A stretch of 64,000 nucleotides of DNA from the human T2T-CHM13v2.0 reference genome, Homo sapiens: NCBI RefSeq assembly GCF_009914755.1, contig NC_060928.1; one strand, 5' to 3'. Position numbers and translations under genes: made by a program. The notes under the pieces were generated by a model. It was not told the DNA's origin, did not search any database, and saw only the letters and a list, made by a program, of their open reading frames with translations. This document shows positions 44,498-59,311 of the stretch, in pieces (positions within the stretch are counted from its first letter, which is position 1; every line of letters starts with the position of its first letter).

Positions 44498-47450
44498 TTT
44501 TTTGTTTATTGATACATAATAGATGCTCATAGTCTCAGGATACATTTAGTAATTTAATGCGTTCATATAATTTGTAAAACTCAAATCAGTGTAATCAGGA
44601 TATCTATCATCTTAAATATTTGTCTTTTCTTTAGGCTAGAAACATTGAAATTATTCTCTTCTAGCTATTTTTTTTTTTTTTTTTTTTGAGACGGAGTCTC
44701 ACTCTGTCACTCAGGCTGGAGTGCAGTGGTGCAATCTCGGCTCACTACAAGCCTCCTGGGTTCTTGCCATTCTCCTGGCTCAGCCTCCCGAGTAGCTGGG
44801 GCTACTGGCGCCCGCCACCACGCCCGGCTAATTTTTTATATTTTTAGTAGAGATGGGGTTTCACCGTGTTAGCCAGGATGGTCTCGATCTCCTGTCCTCG
44901 TAATCTGCCCACCTCGGCCTCCCAAAGTGCTGGGATTACAGGCGTGAACCACCGCGCCCGGCCTCTTCTAGCTATTCTGAAATACACAATAGATTATTGT
45001 AAACTATGGCCTACTGATCTACCGAACTCTAGGTCTTATCTCGTCTACCAAACTTTATATTTTTACCTGTTAATCATCCTCTTTTGACCCTCCCTCTATA
45101 CTTCTATTCTTGGCCTCTCATAACAGCCAATCTACAGTCTACACTCTATGAGACCCATTTCTTTAGCTTCCACATACAGGTGAGAACATGTGATATCTGT
45201 CTTTCTGTGCTTGGCTTATTTCACTTAAAATAGTGACCGCCAGTTTCATCCATGTTGTTGCAAATAGAGGATTTTATTTTTTAATGGCTGAGTAGTATTC
45301 CAGTGCTCACATACACACCACATTTTCTTTATCCATTCATCCACTGAAAAACACTTAGGTTTATTCCACATCTTGGCTATTGTTAAAAGTGCTGGAATAA
45401 ATAGGGGAGTGCAGATACAGATACAGCTTCAATATATTGGTTTGCTTTCTTTTGGGTATATATACTCAGTGGTGGGATTGTTGAATTATATGTTAGGTCT
45501 ATTTTTAGTTTGTTGGAAAAAAAAAACCTATTTACAATTTTCCACAGTGGCTACATTACAGTCCCAGCAACACTGTATGACAGTTCCCCTTTCTCCACAT
45601 CCTCATCAGTATGTTATTGCCTGTCTTCTTGATTTAAGTCATTTTAACTGGGGTGTGATGATATACCTATGGTTTTGATTTGCATTTCTCTGATAATTAG
45701 TGATGTTGAATGTTTTTTCATTTACTTGGCCATTTGTATGTCTTTTCTAAAGGAAGATCTATTCAGGCCTTTTGTCCATTTTTTAAAAATCAGATTATTT
45801 AATTTTTTCTACTGAGTTGTTTGAGCTCCTTATATATTCTGGTCATTAATTCCTTGTAAGATGTGTAGTTTCCAAATATTTTCTTTCATTCTGTGGGTTG
45901 TAACTTCACTTTGTTGATTGTTCACTTTACTGTGCTGAAGCTTTTTAAATTGATGTGACGTCATTTCTCTATTTTTGCTTTGGTTGCCTATGCTTTTGAG
46001 GTCTTACACAAAAACTATTTTCCAAGACCAATGTCCTGGAACATTTCCCCATGCTTTCTGCTGGTAGTTTCATGTTTCAGATTTAAGTCTTTAATCTACT
46101 TTCATTTGATTTTTGTGCATGGTGAGAGAGGATCTAGTTTCGTGTTCTGAATATGGGTGTCCAGTTTTCCCACAACATTTATTGAAGAGGCTGCCCTTTC
46201 CTCTATTCTATGTGTTTGGTGCCTTTGTCAAAAATAAGTTGGCTGTAAATGTGTGGATTTATATCTGGGTCCTCTATTCTATTCCACTGGTCTATGCATC
46301 TGTTGTTATGTTTGTACCATGCTGATTTAGTTACTATAGCTTTGTAGCATATTTTGAAGTCAGGCAATATAGTGCCTTCAGCTTTGTTCTTTTTGCTCAG
46401 GATTGCTTTGGCTCTTCAGGGTCTTTTGTGGTTCCACATAAATTTTAGGATTTAAAAAATATCTGTCTGTGAAGAATGTCATTGGTAATTTGATAGGGAT
46501 TGTATTGATTCTATAAGTTGCTTTGGGTAGTATTATATTAACAATATTAATTCTTCAAATCCATGAGCATAAAACATTTTCAATTTTTTTTTGTTTTTCC
46601 AATTTCTTTCATCAGTGTTTTACACTTTCCTTGTGTAGATCTTTTACTTTGGTTAAATTGACTCCTGGTGATTTGTAGTGATTAGAAATGGGATTGCTTC
46701 CTTGATTTCTTTTAGATAGTTCCCTGTTGGCATACATAAATGTTACTCATTATTGTTATGTTGAATTTGTATCCTGTAACTTTGTGAATTTTTGCATTTG
46801 TCGTAATCATTTTTTTTTTTTTGGTGAAGTCTTTAGATTTTTCTAAATGTAAAGCCATGTCAATTATGAACAAGGCTAATTTGACTTCTTCCTTTCCAAT
46901 CTGAATGCCATTTATTTCTTTCTCTTTCCTAATTGCTGTGTCCAGGACTTCCAGTAGTATGCTGAATAAAAGTGGTGAAAATGGGCCTCCTTGTTTAGTT
47001 CCAAATCTTAAAGGAAAGGCTTTCAGTTTTTCCTTATTCAGTATGATGTTCACTGTGGCTTTGTCATACAAGGCCTTTATTATTTTGAGGTATGCTTCTT
47101 CTATATGCAGTTTGTTGAAGGTTTTTATCATAAAGGGATGTTAAATTTTATTGTTTTTTCAGCATATACTGAAATGATCATATAGTGTTTTTTCTTGGCC
47201 TTGTTAATGTGATCTATAATGTTTATTGATTTGCATATGTTGAGCCACACTTGCATCCCTGGGATGAAACTCACTTGGTCATGGTGAATGATCTTTCAAA
47301 TGTGTTGTTGAATTTGGTTTGCTGGTATTTTGTTGAGGATTTTTGCATCTATGTTCATAAGAGATATTGTCCTGTAGTTTTCTTTTTTTGTTATTTCCTT
47401 GTCTGGTTTTGGTATTGGGTAATGCTGGCCTTATAGAAAGAATGAGTTAG
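44498..47450 (-). mobile_element. Second L1MA-like element (3'UTR plus ORF2 remnants), hosts an AluY
   Basis: A new antisense 3' end starts at about 44498; ORF2 RT remnant in track ORF 46712-47131 ('KQGGPFSPLLFSILLEVL'). Confidence 0.9.
44668..44963 (-). mobile_element. AluY
   Basis: AluY diagnostics with a small internal deletion; TSD tcttctagctatt. Confidence 0.93.
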
Positions 47451-48555
47451 AAAAAAAATTCGGATGCCAGCTTAAGATGAAAGCATTTATTCTTTTATCT
47501 AGTGAGTATTTACTAAAATATATATTAGATTCCCAGTAATCAACTGCATTTGAACTTTAAGAATATAAATTACAAACAAGAGTTTATTTGCTTTAACTCT
47601 TTAATAAGTAGAAAGAAAATATTTTGGACAAGAGTTGTATTTCACTCAATTTCATGATCCTAGGACTTAACCTAATTACTCACATGTAGAAAAATCCTGA
47701 ATACAACACAGTATTGGTTCAAAGACCAGTGATTTGCCCTACTGACTTGGAAATAATATGTTAAAATAATATAAGCATGTCTATAACAAATTTACTATTA
47801 CTAACACAGCATGATGGTTATCATGAGCTGGGATTTGTTGTAATTTCATGGTGAGTAAATAGACTTTTGGATTTTCTTTAAGATTCTTAATTTTGAAACA
47901 TATTTTAAAAATACTGCTATATTCTATGTAATGTCTTTTACACAGGTCAGAGCAAATGGCTATAAATTAGATAAATGCTTTACGGCAGTCCCTCAGGGTC
48001 TCTTAGAATGAGGTTCTAAATATTTCCTGGCTAGACTGCCTTTGCATTTTACCCAAAGTTTATCTTATATTTAATCTTGTCATTTTTTTCTTCAAATAAT
48101 GTTAATGTCTCAATATTTTCTGATGTATGTTTAAAGATCTGTTTATAATTTTTTAATTAATAGAAACCTTATCCAGAATGTTCAACATCGACAGTTTGAC
48201 CCAGTTCAGCTTATAATACAGAAGTTATATAGTAGATCTTAGAAAACATTTTCAACCATTTTTAAAATATGATTTTTGACCTAAATGCAACTGAAACACA
48301 AGTCAATAAAAACAGCTATAACTCAGTAAATAAAGGCAGTGGTTACAGATTAAACTACTTATGGACCATTGAAGCTAGCTCATCCAGTTATGATGAAATA
48401 TTGACTCCTTACTGTTGTGGCAAATAGAAGCTAGAATATGTATTGTCTAGGTGTTAAAACTATTTTTAGTTTATCTATCTTTAGGACTAAGTCAATTGAA
48501 AAGTTATGAGCCCCAACCAGTTTAAGTCACTTTTTCTATAGAAGTATAGGAGGGA

Positions 48556-48920
<365 letters not shown>

Positions 48921-49971
48921 CTAACATATGTCACTTTGTTGTTAGAAAGCTTTTATATAACAAAATAACTTGTAGTTATAAAATACTGCTTTTAGAACAA
49001 AAATGTGGATAACTCATTATCAAACTACTCCTATTTTTTTCCTTTGTAAACATGATTTTTAGGTATTTCTGTAATGATATTTTCCTGCCTCGGTTCCTAG
49101 CACCATAATTTCCCTTTTCCCCCATGTTTTTATGTCATCACAAGCTCCATATCTTTTTCTGCCAAATTTATTACCTCCTATATTCCATCTATACCGAAAA
49201 AAAAAACATGCTCAAGGGAAGATTATTTTCCCTTCTTGGTTTTGCTCTTTTCCAGAATGGATTTTTCATCTTTATTTGACCATACTTTTTCCTTTCTTTA
49301 TTTCATTCCTTATGGAATTTTTGTCTGCTTCTCACTTCACTTCATTTCTTAAATGTTTAACGTGGAGAGCTCTTTTATTTTGTAACATAATGTGAATAAA
49401 GCTTCCTTTATTTCACATATTTTACTTCTATTTTTTCTATCTGATCTGATAATTATATTTCTTTTTCTTATTTTGATATACACAGTGTGTTCTTTTCACT
49501 TAAGAATATATATCTAGAGGGTTCAAGTGTCCAAGGTGAAGAGCACACCAGGGATCCCCAGGTCTGATTTGATTGCTTCTGGTTATTGTCATTGTCATGG
49601 ACTAGGAGCATGGCAGGCAGTCCCCCAGAGTTAGGAGACACATGGTCTATACTGGGTTACTTTGATTCTTGGTCTTTTTGTCTTTTACTTCTTTGGCCAC
49701 ACTTTCAATTTTTTATGAGATTGGACTGTTTATTTTATCTATTATTGGCATTTTTCTTATTTATAAAAAATGAATTTAGCCCAAATTTATTATATTTTAG
49801 GGAAGGAGGGATTTTTATTTGACTTAACTTCACTGTCTTAACCAGTAAGTCTCTCTTATTTCTGTTGAAAAGCCATTAAATATGTGTAAAAATAATTTAG
49901 CAAGAGCAATTAATTGGTCTGGTGAGAGGAATATTGTGCTGTGCAATGAGGTGGAAAAGATAGCCATCATC

Positions 49972-50272
49972 TTATTTTTTATTTTATTTTTTAAAACTGG
50001 TTCTTGGCTCTGTCACCCAGGCTGGAGTGCAATGGCACTATCACCGCTGACTGCAGCCTCAAATTCCTGGGCTCAGGTGATCCTCCTATCTCAGCCTCTG
50101 GGTAGCTGTAATTACAGGTGTGCACCATGCCCAGATAATTTTTTTTTTTTTTTGTAGAGACGTAATCTTACTATGTTACCCCGGCTGGTCTCAAACTCCT
50201 GTGCTCAAGCAATTATCTTGCTTCAGCCTCCGAAAGTGCTCGGATTACAAGTGTGAGGCACTGTGCCCAGCC
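49972..50272 (-). mobile_element. AluJ
   Basis: Antisense, J-type 'ctgcagcctcaaattcctgggctcaggtgatcctcc'. Confidence 0.9.
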
Positions 50273-50401
50273 CACCATATTATGTCTACATTTATCTGCT
50301 CTCTACTGATAGTTCTTCAGCCCATGACATATATGTCTTTGAAGTAGTATTGTTTGAACACTGGCATAAGAATGAACATTAATGTCTTTTAAATTAAATA
50401 G

Positions 50402-50613
50402 AAGCTTAAAAGTGGTTATCAATTGAGGACATATCTCCAAAAAATACGAAAATCAAAGGATTAGAATCTTTAATATATGACGAGTACATTCCAGTGGATG
50501 AAATAACATCAAAGGCGATGGACAGACAATTTGGGAATGAGGGAAAAGTGAAAGCCTCCGAGTAACAAGGAGGGGTACTGGGCAGGTTCAGACTCACTCA
50601 ACATCCAAAAAAG
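50402..50613 (+). pseudogene. Possible decayed coding exon (KWLSIEDISPKNTKIKGLESLIYDEYIPVDEITSKAMDRQFGNEGKVKASE*QGGVLGRFRLTQHPKK|)
   Basis: Acceptor 'tcttttaaattaaatag|', donor 'AAG|gtatga' in phase 0; protein-like frame with stops at 50407 and 50563; parent not recognised. Confidence 0.25.
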
Positions 50614-51924
50614 GTATGATATTCATCTAGTCAACTAGCAAAATAATACAATCATAAAAACATAAAAATCAAAATGAAAAAGTCGAAATAATAAAATTTT
50701 CAACCTAAGAAATTTAAACCGAAATTGATATTCCCAGCCACTGCAAGGCAGAGTGGGAAAATTTTCCATTTTGGCGAAATCTATTTGGTAAAATCTGCCA
50801 CTACCACCTACTGGGCACCAAGGAAGGTCAGAAAAGAAGACACACACTTCCCAGAGACACTTCTGGGAAGACAGAAAACAAGGTGATTGTTAAAATGGGG
50901 GACATTTACTGCAGGTTAGAGAGATGTAATCTAGCCTTAAAAAAAGAAGTTCAGATACTTTCACATAGCAATTATACTCATAGGGATTTATTAATGGTAA
51001 ACCTGCAAACAAAGTTTTATGCATTAAGGGCTTTTATTGCACAAATATGTTAACTATTCACAGAGTCAAAAATTATGAACAGATGAAACATTCAACATTT
51101 GGAATAACTGCAAACTATGCTGCAGTACAAGTCTACAGAACAGTAAGATATAACCATTAGAAACAATATATATGAAAAAGCAGCAAAATGGAGTAATCCA
51201 CATGCTAGAAGGTAAATAATAACAAAATTTCAAGCATAAGTTTAGCTAATCACTTAAAATATTCATAAACTGAACAAAATAACTGAACTAATATGAAGAG
51301 TGGTGAAATAATGTTTTTATATATTTGCATGTATAAGATTCTTTTTTACAACAAAATGCAAATAAAATTTAAAATATAAATAAAATTATAGGCAACTACT
51401 TCTTTTTATATTTATGATTTAGTTAAATTTTCCTATTTTTAAAAATAGAAACATTTGAGACGATGCCTAATTTAAAAGATACAAGCCAGTGTAAAGAAAC
51501 CTCCCTTCCCTACAGCATCCAGCCACTTCGTTCCTTTTGCTTTGGAGAGAAACACACTCCCCTGCTTCATCAGTTGCTTGTGTAACCTTTGAGAGATAAT
51601 TTTTGCATACTTAAGCATATATCTGTAATATATGCTAATATTATGTACATATTGGTTAGATATTTGAGCCTGCAGATCTCTTGTAAGAGGACTCAGTGAA
51701 GTGCCAAGAGGGATAGACGTGGACTGAGAATACGGAGTTGTTTTAGTTCTACCACTTAGGACAGTCATCAGAATTGCAGGTTCCTTCAGGTTTCAGATTC
51801 CTTCCGTGCAGATGAGGGTACTAGCCTCTTACCTGCTAGTCTCACAGTACTGATAGATCAAATGAGATGTGGACAGTGGTTCAGAGAAGGTGCTCTGGAG
51901 CTGTCCTGCTTGGATTTGCTGCCC

Positions 51925-54900
51925 TCTACACATTTCCATATGCTGAATAGTTAATGAGAATTAATGTTGTTTAATTTCCAAATGTTGAAGGATTTTTTTC
52001 TGTCATGCTGAAAAAATCCTATATTGACCTTTTTTGTCCCCCCAGCACTGGAAACATGTTGCTCCGTCTTTTTCTGGCTTAAATTTTTTCTGATGAAGCA
52101 ACTACTACTATTTAAAAATCTTTCTTCCTTTTCATCTATGATTTCAAGATTTTGTCTTTATATCTGTATTCCCAGCAATTTTTTACATAATCTTTGATGT
52201 GGTTTTACTTGTGTTTATACTCAATGACATTCCATGGACTTCTTGGACCTGTAGCTTTATACCATTATCAAATGTGTAAATATTTCTATATATCTTAAAT
52301 ATTTTTTCTAATTTGTACATTCTTCTACGCTAATTCTCAAGTATTTTTATCTCTTTCTGGAACTTCAGTTGTCATAAGTTGCTAATATTAAACTACAGGT
52401 CATTTAGGTTTTGCACATTTTTGTTCAGTATTTTTGTCTCTCTGTGCCTTATTTTGCACTGTTTGTATTAATATATCAACGTGTCAAGACCTTCTTTTTT
52501 CCTGCAATATCTATTTGGTATTCATTTTATGTAAACTTTTTATTTCAGCTATTATATTTTTCATCCCAGCAGGTCTCACAATTTTTTTAATATCTCCTTT
52601 TAATCTTTTCATTTGTTTATGTTTTCCTTTAAGTCTTTAAAAATGAGTTTTAGAAAAATTCTTGTTTACTAATTCCTCATCTTGTCATTTCCAGATTTGT
52701 TTCTGTTAAATATTTTTGAAAAGGTAGCCATATTGTCCTGTTTCCCTGGATGACTGATAATTATTGACCGGATGCTAGACATTATGGAATTTACATTGTT
52801 GAGTGGTTGTTGAGTTTTTAAAAAAGAGTTTTGGATAAGTTATAAAGATGTAAGTCACTTGCAGTTACCTAGGCTGTTTTTTCATTTTGTTTTGTAATGT
52901 TTTGTTTTTAATTGAAGACTAAGTCTGGAATAGTCTCTAGAACTAAGTCAGCTCCACAGCTAAAACGTTATGTGTCTAGGGTCTCCACGTCAGCCAGAGA
53001 CTTTCAGCAGGGCACCTTTCCAGCAGGTGAGAAATGGAATGATTCCCATTCCTAATGTGAGTCTTCCCAATGGTTCATCTTGAGCTTCTAGGTAATTGTA
53101 CTTTTCTTGCAGTAACTTTTTATTTTTTTCAAATTTCGTTGGATTTTATCCCAAGCCTGTGCAGATTGATATTCAGGTAACCAATCAAAGACTTGAGAAG
53201 ACCCCCATAGAGTGATCTAGGAGTCTTTCTGTATTTAGCTTCCTTCCTTTTGTTTTCTGGTCCTAGGCCCCATACATTTTAGCCTTGGACCCCTGAGCCT
53301 TGGACCCCTGCCTCTGTAATTTAGCAAATCTGCTGGACTGTTCTTGAACTGACCCTCCCCATGCTGCAATCTGGAAATAGTGTCCAGGCAAAAAAGCTTG
53401 CTTGATGGTTGAGACCACCTTGCTTGCTTTCCTTCAATTAGTCAGTAGCCTTGTGTTGCTCATTGTCCATGTCTAAAAACTGTTGTTTTATAGATTTTAT
53501 CCCGTTCTATTGTTATTATTCTTTTTCCTAATAAGAGAGAAAATTTTCCAGCAATTGCTTCTTCAAGGGCAACTCCTATTGCCTGAATTTAAACCCTGAC
53601 TTCGCCATTTAGGAAGTGCATGGCCTGGGACAAAGAAGTATTTAACTTCTCGCCTCCATTTCCTCATCTATAAAAGGGGATACATAATAGTACTTAACCT
53701 GACAAGATCATTGTGATGTTTAAATGAGATAATATATACAAATAGCTTATAAAATGTCTTGCATATTGCAAGCTCTGTGGGAGACAATAATTGAAGCTTC
53801 AATGGTGAACAAATACAGACACTGTCAAAACCAACATGGAACACAGAGGCTGGGGAGATAGCGACATTAATTACATAGTTGTACAAAAAACTGCCTATGT
53901 GGACAGTGCTATAGAGAAGTACCTTGTGCTATTAGCAATCATTTTTTAAAAAGAGTCCCTAACGAATTGGTACTTGAGGTGAAATTCCTGACAAATTGAC
54001 ATTTGAGGTAAAATTTGATATAACAAATTACCTTGACTCTCCCATTCTTTAAAACGGGTTACTATAAATCACATTGTCTGTATTGGATTTCAGTGAGTTA
54101 TTCCCTATGGTTTGAGAATTACTTTCAGTTTAATAAAATAGAAAATATAAAGTTTTCTTCTTAAAATGTATGTTTCCTCAACACACTTGGATTATATGAA
54201 CGGTAAAATATCTACATTCCAACAGTATTCAATGCTTCAGTTTTTTTTTTTCTCTCTTTTTTGGTCTAAAAAAGTCAACCTGGCACTTATATTGTGTACT
54301 TTCAATCCTATGGACATTGACATTACTATAGAAAGCTCTTAAGGTCCCTTGGAAAAAATAATTTTCTTCCAAATTGAAGGATATTTTCACACTGGTGGTT
54401 TATAACATGATCGTTCTCTGTAAAAGTCTATGTGCACTGCCTCGGACTTACAAAATGCTGCTAATGGTCTGCGTTTGTTCCTGACAATGTAAAAATGGAA
54501 TTGGTGATCATTTTTACTATTCAACTTTGTTTTGAAAACTTTTCTACTTTTATGTACATTAAGCCACTCAATTTTCACCAGTACAAACAATGTTACAATA
54601 TGTGTTCTCTTGACCATATTTAGAGTTCCTTTAAGGAAAACTCTGGAAATAGAATTGTTAGATTACTACTGAATTGTAGGATATAAACATTTTTACTTTA
54701 ACACAAATGTCTTGATTGCTCTCCAAAGGTTTTGTGTCAATTTATGCTTCCACGAACAGTTTGCGATTTCTTTTTTCTCCATACACTTGGTGTCACTTGT
54801 TATTGTCAATGTTTGCCAACCTACTGGTTATGAAGTCATATGTCATTTTAGATTGACATTTCTGTTGATTGTCTGTATACTAATATTTGCTATTTGTAAA

Positions 54901-56680
54901 AGCGGCAAATATGTTCTACCAAAGAAAGCCCTTCTTCTTTTCATTTGTGAAAATGAAACATACTGACTTTTACTTATAATTTTTGCTTTCGGAGTCCTTT
55001 TAAAGATACTCATTTCTACCCAGGATCAAAAAAGTATTCTCCAATATTTTTTTCTAAAATGTTTGTAATGTCACATCTCACATTTCCTTCTTTAATCTAC
55101 ATGGAATTGGTTTTACACTGTGGTGCGGTAAGAATCTGATTTTATTTTTCACTGCATGACTAAGTATGACAAAGTAATTGCTTGCCCAATCTCAGTGCCA
55201 TCGCTATTGCATCACGTAACTATAAACGCTCCCTTTCTGTTCCATCGATAATTTGTTTATCCTTGTGCAAATACCACACTGAAAAAAATTACTGCTGCAT
55301 TTTAATGTCTTACCATCAAGGTAGAAAGAGAAACCTATTAATCCAAAATTGTCTTAATTATGTTTGATCTTCCACTTTCCATTTGATCTTAAGATTATCT
55401 TGGAATGTATATGTGTGAATATATATAAAATTGTATATTACATTGGTGAAATTAACATATTTTCCATGTTAGTCTTCATGTTTATGAGTGTGGCAAATCT
55501 GTAGACTTTTTCAGCTCTTATTTATAGTCTTCAATGATGCCTAAAATATTTTCCATAAAGACATCATCCATTTGTGTCAGACTTGTTATTTGTAATGACT
55601 AATAAGATGCTTTTACCAATATAGCTTCTAATTACATTCTCTAACAGTATATGGAAATGTCACTAATTCTCATATATTAATCTTATATCTATCAGTACAT
55701 TCTTATAATTTCTAATATTTATCTGATTATTCAATTTGATTATTCTACTGCCAATGTTTGAGTAAAAAATATATAAATATTTGGTCGATTGATTTTTAAG
55801 TATAGAAAATTTGATTATTCACATAAAAATATCATAATCAAAAAATGTTGTCTCTCCCTTTCCATTAATTATTATTTTTTCTTTTCCTCATTGTATTACA
55901 TTGACTAGTAACTATCTAGTAGCTACCTACCTCTTGTAGAATGTTGAATGGAAGACATAATACTCTTTTGCTAAATTAAATAGGAAAGCTTTTAAAGAAA
56001 TGCCCTTGTTTCCTGGTTAGCTAAGTGTATTTATTATCTTTTGAAATGATCATATGCCTTTTTCTCTCATTTAAAAATTTTAATGTGAAACATTACTTTG
56101 ATATATTTTTCTGATGTTCAATTTTTCTTATGTTTCTGAAATATAATCTACTTAGTCAGTGAATTCTTTCCTACATTCTTGAGTTATAGATACTAATAGT
56201 TTAGCTCTTAAGTGAGACTTACTTGTAAATTGTTCTTCAATTGCTTTTCCCCAGTTTTAATACAGAGGCTTAGTCTGATAACACTTTTATTCTTTAACAG
56301 TTTTTAAGATATAAAGATTATGGTTTGTTTAAATTGAGGAAAAAAATAAGTTTTTTTAGGGAATAGGAGTTAAATCATTGTTTTAATGAGAGTTGTTTCC
56401 TTATTTAGGTTTTCTGTTTTTATAAATCAATTATGGAAATTGATGTTTTCTAGAAAGTGTTATTGTTAACTGAAATTTTAAAGTTTACTGGCATCTGCAT
56501 TCATAATATTTTCTTATAGTTTAAAGAAATCTATTGTTTGTGGTTTTTGTATTCTGATTCAAATTATTCGTGTCTTTTTTTTTTCCTTAGGCAGTCTTTG
56601 TAGAAGTCTGTCTACTTTATAAGCAATTCCAAAGATACAGCGGTACTTCTGTTAATTTTCACCTTTAATCAACAGCATAC
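51925..56680 (-). mobile_element. Patchwork of ancient L1M/L1ME fragments with a MIR at about 53580-53790
   Basis: Degenerate T-rich antisense L1 text; MIR core 'tttcctcatctataaaaggggatacataatagtacttaacc'. Boundaries approximate. Confidence 0.55.
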
Positions 56681-57777
56681 ATTGATGATAGACGCTATGT
56701 ATGCCAAGATAATTTAATAATGGAGGAGGTAATAAGATGTCTATTTATTCATATTTTATGCCCTCCTTTATAATTAAAGGAAATTATATTTATGTTTATG
56801 CATTGGTGAAATTGATTTGTTGTTATAAATTAGGTCTAAAATCAATTCTAGAAGATGAATTATGGTGGCATTCCTATAATAAATGATTGTGTAATTCACA
56901 GTGATCACTGTGAAGGAAAGTATTCAGATAGCTTCATTATTTTACCACTACCTAGCATGTATAGACTCAGAATGCAGTACCTGTTGGATAGACTGATTGA
57001 CTGATGATTGACTAATGCATTTTAGAAACCGAGAGACTGTTATTTAAAAGTGAACCATTAATTTTTAGTCTTCGGATGTGGAATGGCAATTAACATGCTG
57101 CAGTGTCCCTGAGGTTTTGAGAAAGAGCCTGACTGCCTCCTACTGATCATCTGATCTACTGATCATAGTTTTCCAGGGAAGAGTAAATATGAAGAGAGTG
57201 AGAGTGGGACACAGAGGGCAGAGGAGAAAGAGGAGAGAGCTGTTATCTGTGAGTGAAGGCAGATATCTATGTGCATTATCCAATGTTCCTAGGACTGTGC
57301 AGTCAAAATTCATGTGAAAGCATGTTCGAAGGATTCAAAAGGCTCGGTGGCTGGACAGAGTCAGGAAGACTCTAAGGTACAGGTACTGAACGTGACAGAT
57401 TAAAACACCTGGCACCTGGAGGGGAGGACTGGGGAGGTTCTAACATGAGTTGAAAAAGCTAAGCCCTAAAGGGTTTAATTTAGGAGACCGGTGGCGATGT
57501 TGTAGTTGAGCAGTGTAACTAGGAAGGCTTTGGTCCAACAGACCTTCGGACTGGATAAATGCTCCTGGGATGATTTAGCCTAGGCGAGGAAGCAGAAAGA
57601 TAGAGGTTCAAAGATTTTACTTCCTGCTACTGTGGCAACGTGGGATTTGAGAGTCACTGTCATCCAGTGTCACGTGAATAGGGTGAGACGGTGGCCCTTG
57701 CTGGGCCAGCCCCAGCCCCTCTGCCCTCCTGCTGCTGTGAGTTGGCTGGCAATTTACAGCTGCCCCCGTTATCCCGA

Positions 57778-59071
57778 GGGGACCCTCTGGGCTGCGGGAC
57801 CCTCTGGTCTGCGGGACACTCTGGACTGGGGGACACTCTGGGCTGGGGGACACTCTGGACTGGGGGACCCTCAGGGTTGTGGGACGCTCTGGTCTGCGGG
57901 ACACTCTGGACTGGGGGACACTCTGGGCTGGGGGACCCTCAGGGCTGAGGGACGCTCTGGTCTGCGGGACACTCTGGACTGGGGGACACTCTGGACTGGG
58001 GGACCCTCAGGGCTGCGGGACACTCTGGTCTGCGGGACACTCTGGACTGGGGGACACTCTGGGCTGGGGGACCCTCAGGGCTGAGGGACGCTCTGGGCTG
58101 TGGGACCTTCAGGGCTGGGGGACCCTCAGGGCTGCGGGACCCTCAGGGTTGCGGGACGCTCTGGTCTGCGGGACCCTCGGGACTGGGGGGACACTCTGGA
58201 CTGGGGGACACTCTGGACTGGGGGACACTCTGGACTGGGGGACCCTCAGGGCTGCGGGACGCTCTGGTCTGCGGGACACTCTGGACTGGGGGACACTCTG
58301 GACTGGGGGACCCTCAGGGCTGCGGGACGCTCTGGTCTGCGGGACACTCTGGACTGGGGGACACTCTGGACTGGGGGACCCTCAGGGTTGCGGGACGCTC
58401 TGGTCTGCGGGACACTCTGGACTGGGGGACACTCTGGACTGGGGGACCCTCAGGGTTGCGGGACGCTCTGGTCTGCGGGACCCTCGGGACTGGGGGACAC
58501 TCTGGACTGGGGGACCCTCAGGGTTGCGGGACGCTCTGGTCTGCGGGACCCTCGGGACTGGGGGGACACTCTGGACTGGGGGACACTCTGGACTGGGGGA
58601 CACTCTGGACTGGGGGACACTCTGGACTGGGGGACCCTCAGGGTTGCGGGACGCTCTGGTCTGCGGGACACTCTGGACTGGGGGACACTCTGGACTGGGG
58701 GACCCTCAGGGTTGCGGGACGCTCTGGTCTGCGGGACCCTCGGGACTGGGGGGACACTCTGGACTGGGGGACACTCTGGACTGGGGGACACTCTGGACTG
58801 GGGGACCCTCAGGGCTGCGGGACGCTCTGGTCTGCGGGACACTCTGGACTGGGGGACACTCTGGACTGGGGGACCCTCAGGGTTGCGGGACGCTCTGGTC
58901 TGCGGGACCCTCGGGACTGGGGGACACTCTGGACTGGGGGACCCTCAGGGCTGCGGGACACTCTGGACTGGGGGACGCTCTGGGCTGTGGGACCTTCAGG
59001 GCTGGGGGACCCTCAGGGCTGCGGGACGCTCTGGGCTGTGGGACCCTCAGGGCTGCGGGACCCTCTGGACT
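57778..59071. repeat. G-rich 17-bp variant-repeat VNTR, roughly 75 units
   Basis: Interspersed variants gggacactctggactgg / gggaccctcaggg(c/t)tgc / gggacgctctggtctgc / gggaccctcgggactgg(g). Confidence 0.98.
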
Positions 59072-59311
59072 GCTGACCCCTCACCCACACCCAGCCTTTT
59101 CTGCCCCATCCGCCCTCTGTGCATAACCTGGGGGTACAACAGGCTCGCGCTGTGGCTTCAGTTGTGCTTCCGTGTCCCGGGGGCTTCCAACTGGGTCCTG
59201 CAGGAGCTGAGACAATCTCCCTGCTTCGCTTTCATCCTCCGGGCGTGTCCTGCTTCTTCCCGAGAGAAGCCTCTAAGATATGACTTGTACAGGAATCATA
59301 CGCTCTCTCCT

